Source: Octopus sinensis
Taxonomy: Eukaryota
Reading direction: 5' to 3'
Assembly (NCBI RefSeq): GCF_006345805.1
Contig: NC_043024.1
Span: forward strand, 372,001-436,000
DNA length: 64,000 bases
The first letter of the stretch is position 1. Each line of letters begins with the position of its first letter. The position numbers and the translations under genes are program-made. Positions 22,397 to 36,600 of the stretch are shown here, one piece after another. The notes beneath the pieces were generated by a model. It saw only the letters and a program-made list of their open reading frames with translations, was not told the origin of the DNA and did not search any database.

Positions 22397-23256
22397 TGTG
22401 TATGTACTGCTTTGACTATTTTTATCGCTTATTTATTATTTGCTTCGGTCATTAGACTGTGGCCATGCTGGGGCACCACATTGAAGGGTTATAGTTGAAT
22501 TAATCGTCCCCTGTACTTTTTTTTTTTTGAAGTCTGGTACTTATTCTTTCGGTCTCTTTTGCTGAACCGCCGTGTTACGAGGATGTAAATAAACTAAAAC
22601 TAGTTGTCAAGTGATGGTTGGACACACACGCGCACCTATGTGAGTGCGCGCGCACTCACACAGGAGCGCGTGCACTCACACACACACACAGGGACTCGCG
22701 CACTCACACACACACACACACTCACATAGGTACGCGCGCACTCACACAGACACATATACTCATACACAAATGACGGGCTTCCACACGGTTTCGTCTCCCT
22801 AATTCACTCACAAATTCTTCGGCCCATGTCTGTGGTAGAAGGCAATTGCCCAAGGTGCCGCGCAGTGGGACAGAAGCCGAAACCACATAGTTACAAAGTG
22901 AGCTTCTTAACAACCGCAGAGCCAGCCATATTTGACGTCTATTTAATAAACGTCTGCTGGAAGACTTGAAAACATTTAATCGCGCAGACAGTCATTTTGG
23001 TTTCCACCCTTCTCTAAGTGTTACTCGGTGCAAGTCTGCAATCCCTGACGCACCTGGCGATAGATGAGGAAATGAGGAAGGGGGAAGGGGAGAGAGGACG
23101 AGACAGACATAAAGGACGAAGGAGGCAATTATTAACGGCTGCTGGCCAATCAATCTGTAGCTTCTATGTCCTCAGCTGCCATATTTACTCTTCAGTCTCA
23201 GTGGAGGCTCAACCAAGCTAGTCTTTATTTTTCTTGGATCTTGCAAGAATCATGGG

Positions 23257-23365
23257 GGATCTTTTCCTTTTGAACGGCAGTTTTCAACACAATTTCTAGT
23301 TAACTAAAAAGTGTTTAGTTAATTAGAAATTGTGTTGAAAACTGCCGTTCAAAAGGAAAAGATCC
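23257..23365. mobile_element. Short foldback MITE
   Basis: GGATCTTTTCCTTTTGAACGGCAGTTTTCAACACAATTTCTA followed by its reverse complement. Confidence 0.85.
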
Positions 23366-25587
23366 AAAAGATGTTTTATTTTGACACATTCTACCAGTAT
23401 ACGAAATTAATAGGCTTTATCTATGATCCTTGCAAGCCCCCTGAGACTTGTAAGATCGATGTCGTTAATGTTCCATTTAAATTGTTCTAGGTCAAGCTTT
23501 TTGGTGAGGGTTCAACTTCCAGCAGTGTATAACAAAACTGACAATTTACGTGTCATCTTAGAACTCCAGAATTTACACAGTTTGTGACATGCACTCAGAG
23601 CAAACGGCTTCCATACAGCAAAGTCTTTTTCGCTACTTTCCTATTAACAGGAGAAGCAAACGCCTGGCCCATGAAGACAATTTGCTTCAGGACAATGGAA
23701 TGGTGAATGTTGAATTAAGAACATTCGTGGGGGACTGTGATAGATGGCGTGATCGCATGAAATCATTGAAGCGTCCGGGAGGATGGACAAACTAACTAAC
23801 CGACTGACTGATTGACTACATATATATACATATATATAAACAGGGAGAGGAGACATCATGCCTGTGAAAAGTTGGAGTATGTCCATTAATGATGGAGAGC
23901 TAATCAGCCGAGTAGTCCTTCTCTAGGTGTGATCTGAATGTCTGTTTATATGACAGATGCAGCGTCCCAAATGTGAGAGCACCACTCCACTGAGAACCTC
24001 ACCTGAGCCTTGTAAAGAGACAGCAGCCATTGGGTAGGCTGAAATATCTTCTGGTCCTAATGAGAAGGGCCATTCTTTGGGACGTGGTCCGAGCTAAGGA
24101 TGTGTCCTCACCTAGGGACACCCTCAGTAATAGGGAGGCCCAGCATTTCTAATGACTATGAGAGCTCTAGCTAAATAAACGGTTATTGAATTTACTCCGC
24201 CTGAGAACTTCATTCTTCGTATTTCCAGCTTCTTGAATCAACAGAACAATTATAACAGAAGAAGATATCCCCAAAGTATCATAAGATCATTCCTTCTATT
24301 ATATACTGTTGAGGAAACCAATTTCCTCCAACTTCACATTTCTCTCACTTTTTCTTTTCTTTTTTTAATTAAAGCTTTCATAAATTAGTGAAGACTGTTA
24401 ATTATAGAGTGAAACTTTTGTCTTTCATCTGCCTATTCCCTTCTACATCGCTAATTTTCTTATTTTAACTCCTTCACGTTTAAAAAAAATGCATTCACGA
24501 ACGGTTAAGACAATTGCTGAGACTGCCATGATTAAGCTGATTTATGTATTTGCTTAGAACTGCTTGCAAATTTCTCACGAGTTATGTCATTTGTTTTCCT
24601 TGCGAGCATAAATTGCTCAACCACCCCCCTCTACATGTGTGTAGACAGAGGAGGGAGAGAGAGAGGCGGGGGAGATGCGTGTATGTTTGACAAGTGACCT
24701 GGAAGCTTGAACTATTACTACTTATAAATTGAGAAAAAATTTAGAAGGAAAAGAGACAGGTTTTTTTTCTTTTTGTCTTCGACAAATACTCGTTTTCAAG
24801 TATTTGCAGAAGCAACTTGTCAAGCCGGTTTTTATTTTACTTTATTTTCAAGAAATAGTAACGAAATAATTTTTAAAAAACCTGTCAAGCAGTATCGTTG
24901 TGAATTCAGTTTGAGAATTATTAAACAGAAAATGAAGTTTTAACTTAATTTTATCAAGATTGGCATTAGAAGATACGAAACTAAAATTTAGGAAAACTCT
25001 AAATTTAAAAGAATAAATAATTCTTTCTACTATAGGCACAAAGCCAGGAATTTTAAGGAGGAATTCGATTACAATGATACCAGTGCTCAACTTGTACTTA
25101 TTTCATTAACCCCCACCCCCACCCCACCGAAAGGATGAAAGGCCAAGTTGACCTCAGCGAAATTTGAAGTCAGAACGTAAAGCCGGAAGAAATGATGCTA
25201 AGTATTAGTGCAATGCCCTAACAATTCTGCCAGTTCGTCGCCCTTAAATAAACAATACATGATATATTTAAAAAAAAAGAAACAAGAGAGGCAGTTCTGA
25301 AATTAAAATACGGTGTTGAATAAATTGAACAGCTCTGTAGTGAACTTAGGCAATATGGAAGTTTGAAAGCGTAAGTTGGGTTTTTTTCTCCGCTTTTGTT
25401 TATTTTTGTTGTCATCGTTTTACATTTCGTAGATTCCTGCCCCGTTTAACGACACCCCTCTCTGTCAAGCCATAGCTTTCTAATGATTTAGGGATAATAC
25501 GCTAATCTCGTCATTTTTAGCCGGGGTGCCGCTGACCGTACCCCTTAATTGATTCCTTGGGGGTACCGGGTGGCCCCCACCTCGTTC

Positions 25588-26665
25588 ATTGACCCTTTCC
25601 CTTTCCCGTGACAGTTTTGGGTACATTGACATTGATAAGAAGTAATTATTCCTTCGGAATGTTAACAACTTTGCAGTTATTTAATTTTCTTTTTTTTCTT
25701 ACGAAATGAAAACACGAAACGGAATGAAAGGAAACAATTTACGTTGTTCGAAAAGTTGTCCAAATTCTAGAAATATTGTTGATTCAAGTGACCTATGATG
25801 AAAGGCATTCCAACCGTGACCATCCTGTCTTTTAGGGATATGTATGTGTACATTGTCTAATGTGTCCTTTCGTTGTTCAAGTCTGTCGAGTGCGGGTTAT
25901 GAGAGATTTGGCTGCTATTTCTAGCAGACTTGAACCCCGTTAACCCTTCATTTTCCCATGACATTTTGGGTACATTGACATTGCTAAGAAGGAAAAAGTA
26001 ATTATTACTCGGAATTTTAACGACTTTACAGTTATATTGTTTTCTTTCCTTTTTCTTTTTTTGCTCGCGAAATGAAAGAAAACACTTTACGTTATTCGAA
26101 AAGTTGTCTAAATTTTAGAAGAAATATTGTTGTTGTTAAGCCTAGGTTCAACCTTTATTGAAGTGACCAATGATGAAAAGCATTCCAGAGATGACTATCC
26201 TGTCTTTTAGGGATATATGTGTATACATTGTCTAGTGTGTCCTTTTGTTATTCAAGTCTGTCGGGTACGGATTATGGGAGATATGGCTGCTGTTTCTAGC
26301 AGACCTAGAGACCGCGTTAACCTTTTCCTTTCCCACGACAGTTTTGGGTACATAGACATTAATAAGAAATAATTGTTATTCGGAAGCTTGTATTATTGTT
26401 TTCTGGGTTTTTTTTCTCACGAAATGAAAGAAAACGGTTACTTTATTCGAAAAGTTGTCCAAATTCTAGAAGAAATATTGCTGATGTTGTTAAGCCTAGG
26501 TTCAACCTTTATTGAAGTGACCTATGATAAAAGACATTCCAGACATGATCATCCTGTCTTTTAAGGGTCTGTATGTATACATTATCTAATGTATCTTTCT
26601 TCAAGTATGTTGGATGCGGATTATGTGAGACTTGGCTGCTGTTTCTAGCAGACCTAGAGACCGCT
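25588..26665. repeat. Three tandem diverged units of about 360 bp
   Basis: ttcccgtgacagttttgggtacattgacatt...ggctgctatttctagcagac recurs at about 25600, 25950 and 26330. Confidence 0.9.
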
Positions 26666-26987
26666 CTGAGTTTTCCTCATGGGGTTGTTATAGAAAGTGT
26701 AAAGGCGAAAATGAAATTTGTAGAAAACTTATCCGGTGTGTGTTTTTTCTTTCTTTCTTTTTTTTTTCTTGTTGTAAAGACAGTGTTTGGGTATTAGTAC
26801 ATAACGACCGTCGTGAGTGAGCGTGTGCAAGTGTGTTTGACCGTTCAGTTCTATCCAGAAGATGAAAAGTAATGTCACACACTCGTGGAATGTATAAAAC
26901 ATGGATATTTAGAACAAACTTCTATAAATGATTTGGATCAGCAATGGCTTCTTAAGACCACCACCACCAATTTGCAATTAACGAATT

Positions 26988-27345
26988 TGACCCTTTAGCA
27001 TTCAGATTACTTTATCAAACCTAATGTTTATTTTTTTCACAACATTTTGAATTAATTATATATTATCTCATAGCTTCAATATTTCAATGATGTGATTGTT
27101 TATTTTTAGATTGACATTGTAGGATAGGTACGAAAGGCCAGATCTGGCCAGTTTAACCTTTCAGCATTCAGATTCCTCTGTCAAATGTAATGCTTATTTA
27201 TTCACATTAATTCTGTCTTATAGGTTCAAGCTTTCAGTGATGTGATAATATAGTTTTGGACATATGACATTGTAGGGTCGGTGTGAGAGGCCAGTTTGAA
27301 CATAAAACAGGTAGAGTATTTGGGCCAGATATGCTAATGGGTTAA
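26988..27345 (+). mobile_element. piggyBac-type MITE of about 220 bp, two copies here. Others at about 32175-32400, 37251-37483, 41581-42080 (split by a SINE), 44296-44518
   Basis: TTAA-CCCTTTAGCATT...AATGCTAAAGGG-TTAA-like termini and shared body gacattgtagggtaggtgtgagaggccagatctggccagtttgaacataaaaca. Confidence 0.75.
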
Positions 27346-27479
27346 CTATCACACATTCACTATATTTTCCTGCTGTATTTCTTAACCCTGACTCTTATCT
27401 GTCGGTTGTGTCCTCCAGGTGTACCAAAAGTGTTTCTCCTCCAGTATGCCACTCTTCAAATAACCCAGCACCAACAAAC

Positions 27480-27686
27480 ATGGCAGCGTCTATGGCTTTC
27501 AACTTGGACTTCAGCAGATACAGTGTAATACTCGTAGTTATTATTTTTGTTTGTTACATCAACTCTCTGCAATGTGGCTTTGTTTTTGATGATCTATCAG
27601 CCATAATCGACAACCAGGACCTTCGACCCCATGTACCACTGTCAAATCTCTTTTGGAATGATTTCTGGGGTACACCTATGAATAAG
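27480..27686 (+). CDS. TMTC3: TMTC3 coding exon 1
   Basis: aaacATGG start; MAASMAF...[10 protein letters not shown]...[10 protein letters not shown]; GTAAGT donor. Confidence 0.93.
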
Positions 27687-30600
27687 GTAAGTTCATACAT
27701 GTAAAATAGGCAATAAGAGGACTGGTAGTCCTGTTATTGTTTGGTTTTGAGTCAGTGTTGAATGAACAGACCTATAATCAAAACTAGTTACCTCGTGACC
27801 ATATAAAATGTGTCTAAGGCTGTGGTTCTCAACCATTTTTTTTTACTTATAGACCCCTTTGATTCCTGTTTTACTCCAATCTGCATATATATATACACAC
27901 ACACACACGACACTTCTTTCAGTTTCTGTCAACCAAATCCACTCAAATTCACACAATTATTGCATCAGTCCTTCAGTTTTACTAAGCCCTGTAAAAGAAC
28001 TGGGAAAGTTGGGCCTCCAACCAGGCCTTTTGCAATACGCTTAAAGCCAAGAATTTTTGAGCACCCCCTCATACTCTTTCCGTTTACTATATAATTCAGT
28101 CACATGTAGATTGCCATTAGTCTGTCACTTAAGATTATTTTTAGTAATCACATAACAAAAGTTACACTTGCTTTTGTTTCCCAATAATCTCTGCTAAGTC
28201 AGCCTTGTTTTCCTTTTTCTTTTCTGATTTTTTAAAATTGTAAAGGTAATTTGTGGACACGCTATATATTGAAATTGATAAGAATTTTCTAGAGAGTCTG
28301 AGTGTAAACATTAATATTTGCTTTCTTTAATAAAACTTATTCCTGACCAATTAATAAGTAGTTGTCTTTATTATTGTAGACACCAACAAACAGTGAAGCC
28401 CTTACTATACATTTATGAATGACTGATCTTATCTTTATTCCTTATAGGAAGACAGCCACAAGTCTTACCGACCATTATGCGTTCTGACCTTTCGGCTGAA
28501 TTATGCACTGACTGCCCTCAACCCAATGTCCTATCATTTGGTCAACATCGTACTACATGCAGTTGTCAGTGTATTACTAATGAGGTGAGGCCAGGGGTTT
28601 TCTTTTTATGTTTTATGCCATACATTTTTCTTTCTTTGTTTTTGTGAACAGTTGCTCTGTTGTTTATAGATTTCCGTGAAGTAATTAGATTAAATTTATC
28701 TTATGCATTTCAAGTGGTTGAAATGTTTACTATCCAACCACAAAGTTTTGGGTTCAGTCCCAGCTGGAGCAAGTGTCTTCCACTATAGCCCTGGACTAGC
28801 CAAAGCTTTATAAGTGGGTTTCGTATGACACTGATGCTTGTTTACAACCATCATGTGATAAGACAAGACACGCTTACACACACACACACACTTATATGGT
28901 ACTTGTCTATTCATTAGTGGAGTATGACCATCACTGACGGGTTGTCTTCTAATTGATTGTTCCTACAAACATGAGATCAGCAATGACTCATGAAGCCAGT
29001 CAGAGACTTTATTACAGAGACTAGGAATTAAATAGTTTCGGCAAGGGAGACAATTCCTACAATCTGAGCTGATTCAAGTTTTTGATGAGGTTAGACTGGT
29101 TCTCAAGAAGGTTCCCTGTGACACTTTGGGATCTATATAAGGTTTTGTGGTTAGAACTTATGTGCAATAAATTGCTCATACTTCGACAATACACAAAATA
29201 TTTTAACAATTTTTTTAAATGCAAATCCTAATAATATTTATTTCGTTTTTGGATTTGGTTTGCAAGATTCTTTATATGAGTTCGTGTGTTGAAGCATATT
29301 CTGTTGTGTCTGGGGAGAGCAAGCACATAAATATGCAGAATACATACATACAGATGCACACACATACATATATACATATGCATACACACATGCATACATA
29401 CATACACACACATACGTACGTGCATGCATGCATAGGCACACACACACACACACACACACACACTGACCCACACACATGTGCACAAACAAGAAGGAACGCA
29501 GTGTGAATAACAGACAGAGTCAAGACTATTGAAAAGGTTGCAAAAAATAAGTCTAAAGCCTAAAGATCAATGAAATGCCTCCTTTCACCATCATTCTCTT
29601 CTGTCGTCTTAAATTCTTTCTCTTTTGTCCACAGAGTCTGCTGTTTGTTCCTGCATCATTTCACTGCTCTTCTCGCTGCTGTCCTCTTCGCCTTACACCC
29701 AATACACACAGAAGCAGTAAGTAGAACAGATTAGATTGATCTTGTTTCGTTCTCGATTAGAACTGCACACCTGCAGAATTCTTGCAGCAGAGTTGCACCA
29801 AATGCTTTGTGGTAATTTGTTCTGGAACTGTAAAATTTTCAAGATCTCAGTCCTTTCCGTACCGAAGTAAAGAGTCATTGCTTCTTCATGGAGGGCCCAT
29901 GTGGGAAGATGAATGGGAACATAACATGATGTTGACTGGATGTTTGATTTTTATCACTTTCAGTACATATTTTGGGGACACAACAGGCCAACAGTTGTTC
30001 TGTATGTTCACCATCTGATCCTGGCAAAACTATTTCTCATCTGAGAGAAAACAGAGCATGTTCAGTTGGAAGGAATGCCTGAGTTTGTTCAAAAGCTTCA
30101 TGGTGCAGTTTTTCCTCTTGACCTTCATGGCTTGGGGTAAAAATTGGTCCTTTCTCATTTTGTATGAGGAATACTGAATGTCTTCATGCATTACCTGCCC
30201 GATAAGAAACTCAGACACTCCACTGACCTTGACGATGAACCTGATTGATTTGGAGGGATCGTTGTCCATCATGGCCTGGATCTTACCAACAAATTCAGTT
30301 CTTTTCTTATCAGAAAAATCAAAGTGAGTTTTCCAAGCTGCTGTACCTTCGTAATCACCATTAAACTCATGCAACTCTTTCCAAACTCACTGCACTGTCC
30401 TCAGATTGACACCTAAACACCCTGAAATGTTCGTATTGGAACTTCTGGTGCAAATGCCAGGCAGTACAGCATGTCATTCTCAAATTTCTGGCAAAGTGAA
30501 TTGCCTCATGGTACTGTTTTTTTCACAGACGGTGCCCAACTGACCCTACTATACTGTATAATCAACAAAATCAAAAACAAACAATGTGCCTGCAGAAAAT

Positions 30601-33600
30601 TAAGCATATAAAATGGTGACAATTTACCCATCGCACCCTCTATGTGTGTGTGGTTTTAGTGGTTAGTATGTCAGGCTCACAATCATGAGGTTGTGAGTTC
30701 AATTCTTGGACCGGGCTGTGTGTTGTGTTCTTGAGCAAGATACTTTATTTCACATTGCTCCAGTTCATTCAGCTGTAGAAATGAGTTGTGGTGTCACTGG
30801 TGCCAAGCTGTATCGGCCCCTTTGCCTTTCCCTTGGATAACATTTGTGGTGTGGAGCGGGGAGGCTTGTATGTATGGGTGACTGCTGGTCTTCCATAAAA
30901 TAACCTTGCCTGGATTTATGCCTTGGAGGGGAACTTTCTAGGTGCAATCCAATGGTCATTCATGACTGAGGCAAGGTCTTTACCCTTTATTTTTTTTTAC
31001 TTACAAGATCTTGGTTTCAATTCCACTTGTAGGTCACAGGAGTTGTGGGACGAGCTGAAAGTCTGTCAGCATGTTTTTTCCTCGCAGCATTGTTGGTTTA
31101 TGCCAAAGCTTCAAAACATCCTTCTCGAACCAGTAAGTGGCCAGGGATTTTCTTTTTACACTTTATTTCTTTTTTGTAATTCATTCTTCTTCTTCTTGAC
31201 AATAATAGTTGTTATTATTTCTGTTATTTTGTGATGGAAACTCATGGCTTATTTTGCTGGGAATGATGGAAAGTGTCAGCCGTCCACAGTCAGCAAGTGT
31301 CACCCTTATAAATTCATTGAACAAATGGTTGACCTATTGAAAACCTGTATTCAGTGATGCTTTTCTGTTATGTAATGTAAACCCCCAAAAAAGCCTGGGG
31401 TTTCTACCCAATTCCTGCATTTGCTAAAAAAATATGGAGAAAGAGGATGAGTGATGATGAGCAGGCTTTCATGCAAAAGGATGAAAGACAAAGTTGACCT
31501 CTGTGGAATTTGAACTCGGAACATAACAGAGAAAATGCTGCTAAGCATTTTGCCCAGCATGCTAATGACTCTGCCAGTTAACGACCCAGCATGTTAACGA
31601 CTCTTAATAATAATAATAATGATGATGGTTTCAAATTTTGCCACAGGGACAGCAATTTTGGGGGAGGGGATGAGTCAATTACATCGACCCCAGTGTATAA
31701 CTGGTACTCATTTCAACGACCCTGAAAGGATGAAAGGCAAAGTCAACCTTGGTAGAATAATAATAATAATAATCCTTTCTAATATTGGATCAGTTGAAAC
31801 CTTCGTCATCATAACTCCCAAATGCCAGCTACCATAACCAGATTTGAACTCACAGCTCTGTGGTTTGTAGCCAACCTTCTACCCTCGTCCCCAGCTGCTG
31901 TGTACATTTTTTTTAATGGCTTTTTTGTTATGTTTTTCTTCAGATTGGTGGTTTCTGTTGTTGACTCTCCTCTTTGTGGTGGCTGCCATGTTGTCCAAGG
32001 AACAAGGTATCACAGTGGTTGGTGTGTGCTGTGTCTATGAAATTGTCATCGCCCAAAAGGTAACATACGTGTACACACACACAAACACACATTCACACAC
32101 GCACGCATACACACACACAGTCAAACATTACCACACGCATACGTAGACCCTAACTTCACAAGTCTCGTTTGCTTTGACCCTTCAGTATCCAGATTTCTCT
32201 GTCGGTTGTAAAGCTTATTCATTCACAGTTTTTTTATTAATCAAGTTTTATCTCATAGCTGCAAGATTTCAATGATGCAATTGTTTATTTTTAGAATGGT
32301 ATTGTAGGGTAAGTGTGAGAGGCCAGATATGGCCAGTTTGAAGATAAAACAAGCAAATTGTTTTGTCTGGATGTGGCACGTTTAAATGCTAAAGGATTAA
32401 ATCTGTGATTCTCAACCACTTTTTGCCTATGGACCAATTCCTGTTTTATTAGGATGCACTCCTGAAGCCATTTGAAGTTTTAAAAAATCTCATTAGATTT
32501 TTTATAATTAAATATTAAAAGGAATTGTATAAAAAAATTGATAAAATATTTTGTGTATTGTAGAAGCATAACCAACTTATTGCAAATGAATTTTAACAAC
32601 AGAATCTTATGTGGACCTGCAAGGGCCATATGAATCCCCTAAGGGCCATATAGACCCCAGTTGAGAATCACTGCTCTAAATCGTCAGCCACAACTACCTC
32701 TCACCACCCACCATTCCCAATTCTACCTCGGATTACTTCAACTGCAGCTACCTTCTAAAAAGACCCCCTTCGGGTATTGTTGTTGTAGTTGTAGTAGTTG
32801 TTGTTGTTTTTAAATTTGTAGCTGTAGGGGGGAGTTGATTTTATTGACCCCGAAAGGATGAAAGGTAAAGTTGGCCTCAGAAGAATTTGAACTCAGAGAC
32901 TGAAGACCAACAAAATGCCTCCAAGCATTTTGACTGGCATGCTTAACAATTCTGCCAGCTTGCTACCTGATGAGGGTTTCAAATTCTAGCACAAGGCTAG
33001 CAGTTTCAGGGGAAATTACATCAACCCCAGCCCTCAGTTGGTATTAATTTTATTGACCTCAAAACAACAAAAGGCAAAGCCAGCCCTGCTAGGACTTGAA
33101 CTCAGAATATAAAGACAGACAAAATACTTCCAAGCGTTTCACTCAGCAGAGAAGTGTAGACATGATGATAGCAATGCATCTTCCCCGTACATGTGTTAGG
33201 ATGATTTTTCTCTCTCGTGTCTTTCCAGATAACGCCACAAGGTATTCTCAAAGACTTTGCCAATATTTGCAAAGGCAAAATCTCTTTCCCAGCTTGGTTG
33301 AGAACTTCAGTTTTGCGAGGAACTTTCTTAGTTGGTTCCACGTTGTTCCTGTTGCTGGCCAGGATAAAGATTATGGGTGCAGAACTCCCGGTGTTCACAA
33401 AGTAAGTTTTCCCTTTTTTTTACACCAAATTCCATCAAGGCCTGCTTCCCTGTAGCCTTCTGTGATTTGGTTCTTCACTCACATAGGCTTCAACATACAC
33501 ACATGAATGGACACATACACACATACAAATGGACACATACATTCATGCATACACATACATACATACATTACATATACATGTATACACACACATACATGCA

Positions 33601-36600
33601 TGCACAAATGGGCACAAACATATGTATACACACACACAGTCATATAGGACGCATATACATGAGAGCAACGACTTTCCCAGCCATCACTTTTTCCAAATGC
33701 TCTGAAGAAGCGACCATAACCCCAAAATAATACAGAAAAACAAAGATAAAACAGCAAGTTTTTTGTTTGTTTTTGTTTTCCTTTTCTTTTTGTAGTTTAC
33801 CACCACTTAACCAGTGTTTGTGTGTTCACACCTCCTTAACTTAGTGGTTCGATAAAAGAGATTGATAGAATACGTACCAGGCTTATAAAATATAAGTGCT
33901 GGGGTTGCTACATTCGACAAAAAATTCTTTGAAGTGGTGCCCCAGCATGGCCGCAGTCTAATGACTGAAACCAGTAAAAGATAAAAGATACCAACACAAT
34001 TCTCCACCCACGGAAACCAGTAATACGTCCACAGCAGGAAGATAATGGTTCACCTGATGGTGGAGGAGAAACCCTTTTGAGGTTGTTCGAAATACCAATA
34101 ATAATAGTTATTTCTTAGTTTGGCACAAGATTAGCAATTTGAGGGGAGGGGCATGAATCGATTACATTGCCCCCCAGTGTTCAACTGGTACTTATTTTAT
34201 TGACCCCCCCAAAAGAATGAAAAGCAAAATCGACCTCAGTAGAATTGAACTCAGACCATAAAGACATGAAATGGTGCCAAGCATTTCGCCAGGCATTCAA
34301 ACAATTCTGCCAGCTCACCGCTCTCTTGGTTTCAAATTTTGTCACAAGGCCAGCAATTTTGAGGGAAGGGGTAAATTGATTACATCGACCATAGTGCTCA
34401 ACTGGGACTTATGTTATTGACTCCGAAAGGAATAATAATAATAATAATCTTTTCTATTAAAGGCACAAGGCCTGAAATTTTGGGGGAGGGTTGTAGTCAA
34501 TTACGTCGGCCCTAATATTTCACTGGTACTTAATTTATCGACCCGGAAAAGGTGAAAGGCAAAGTTGACCTTGGTGGAATTTGAACTCAGAATGTAGCAT
34601 CAGATGAAATACCGCTAAGTATTTCATCCAGCATGCTAACGATTCTGCCAGCTCACTGCTTTATCATAATAATAATGATGATGATGATGATAATTTCTGT
34701 TTTCCTTTCAGATTCGACAATCCAGCTTCAGTGTCCTACACACCGAGCCGACAACTGACTTTCAACTATTTGCTAGCGCTCAACCAATGGCTGTTGCTCT
34801 GTCCATCATGGCTGTGCTGTGATTGGACAATGGGCACTGTACCGCTCGTGCACTCCTTCCTTGACCTCCGTAATCTCTCTACACTGATCTTCTATGTCGT
34901 GCTCTTCAAGTTTGTTGCCTTTGCACTGACCAAACAAGGGCCGCGGGCAAGAGCCATCATCATGGTACGTAGACCACAGCAACACGTGACTCTCTCCTTT
35001 TCATGCTCTTTATTTACTTTCCTCTACCCCACTCCATACTTGCTCTCACCACTCCCCTCATACTTTCTAACTTACTCCCCCTCACACACATAACTGACTT
35101 GTCTTCTAACATACATTAACTTGCTCCTCCCATGCACACCATAACTTACTCCTCCCTTCACATACATTGTTACTTTCTCCTCCTCTCACATTGTAACTTA
35201 CTCCTCCCTTCACATACATTGTTACTTTCTCCTCCTCTCCCATTGTACCTTACTCCTCCTCTCATAGAGACTGTAGCCTCATCCTCTTCTCCTGTACAAC
35301 TTGCTTCACCTTCTCACAGATGTTCTCACTTGCTCTATTTACACAAAACCCATTCTAAACTGTTCTCCTCTCCAACACACACACACCCAGACATTTGCTT
35401 TGTCCATTTGAGGCATCCTTTCTCTCACTGAGTGGACCGGAACAATGAGAAATAAAATGCCCTTCTCAAGGACACAACTCACCACCTTACAACTGACCAC
35501 TAAGCCAAAAGCAACTGTCCACTGAGCCACTTCGCTTCACAAATTCCTCTCAACAGACATCATATACACAGATGCTAGATTCCCGTGATAAACATCCACC
35601 TTCCTCGCACGCACACACACATACACATTATACACCACACACATACACTCACACAGTATATACACACACATACCATACATCATACTCTCGCATATACTAC
35701 ATGCATACCGTATATGCACATACCATTCATCATACTTATACATTCTACACACCATTTCCTCACACACATACCATACACCACACTTACACACTATATACAT
35801 ACACCTGTCATTTACCATATTCACACACACACACATACACAATATGCCATACACACAAACACAAATGTTTCAACGACCCTAAAACCTCTTCTTCTTCTTC
35901 TTCCCCAGAGTCTTACTTTACTCGTTCTGCCATTTGTTCCGGCCTCAAACCTCTTCTTCCCAGTTGGATTTGTTGTTGCTGAGAGGGTCCTCTACACCCC
36001 TAGTATGGGCTTCTGCATTCTTGTTGCCCTAGGGTTTGAACTCTTGATTCAACACACCAACAAGTGAGTCTTGCATTTTCCTTTTCATCATCATCATTTA
36101 ATGTCCGTGTTCCATGCTGGCATGGGTGGAACGGTGCCGCAAGGGCTGGCCAGGCCAAAGCCTGCACCGGACTTCTGTGACTGTTTTGGCAGGATTTTGG
36201 CAGCTGGATGCCCTTCCTTACACCAACCACTCAGCAGAGTGGACTATTATTATTATTATTATTATTATCATAATATATTAAGGCAGTGAACTGGCAGAAT
36301 CATTAGCATGCCAGATAAAATGTTTAGTCTCCTCTGGTTCTCTTTTTTGTTGTCCATTCTGTGTTTCTGTGGTGTGGGTAAGGATACACTCCATAGGAAG
36401 ACAATGAACTAAACAGGACAGGAGAAGACACGTGGAATGGAGAGTTGGTGTAGAGGTCACAGGAGGTGTGACAAAGATTTCAGACAAAGGACACTAAAAT
36501 AATAATAATAATAAAGCTGAGGTGAAGAACAACTGTATAATGCATGTGTTTATTTGGCAAAAAACAATTTTTTAAATGACCATCCTGAAATATAACAAAA

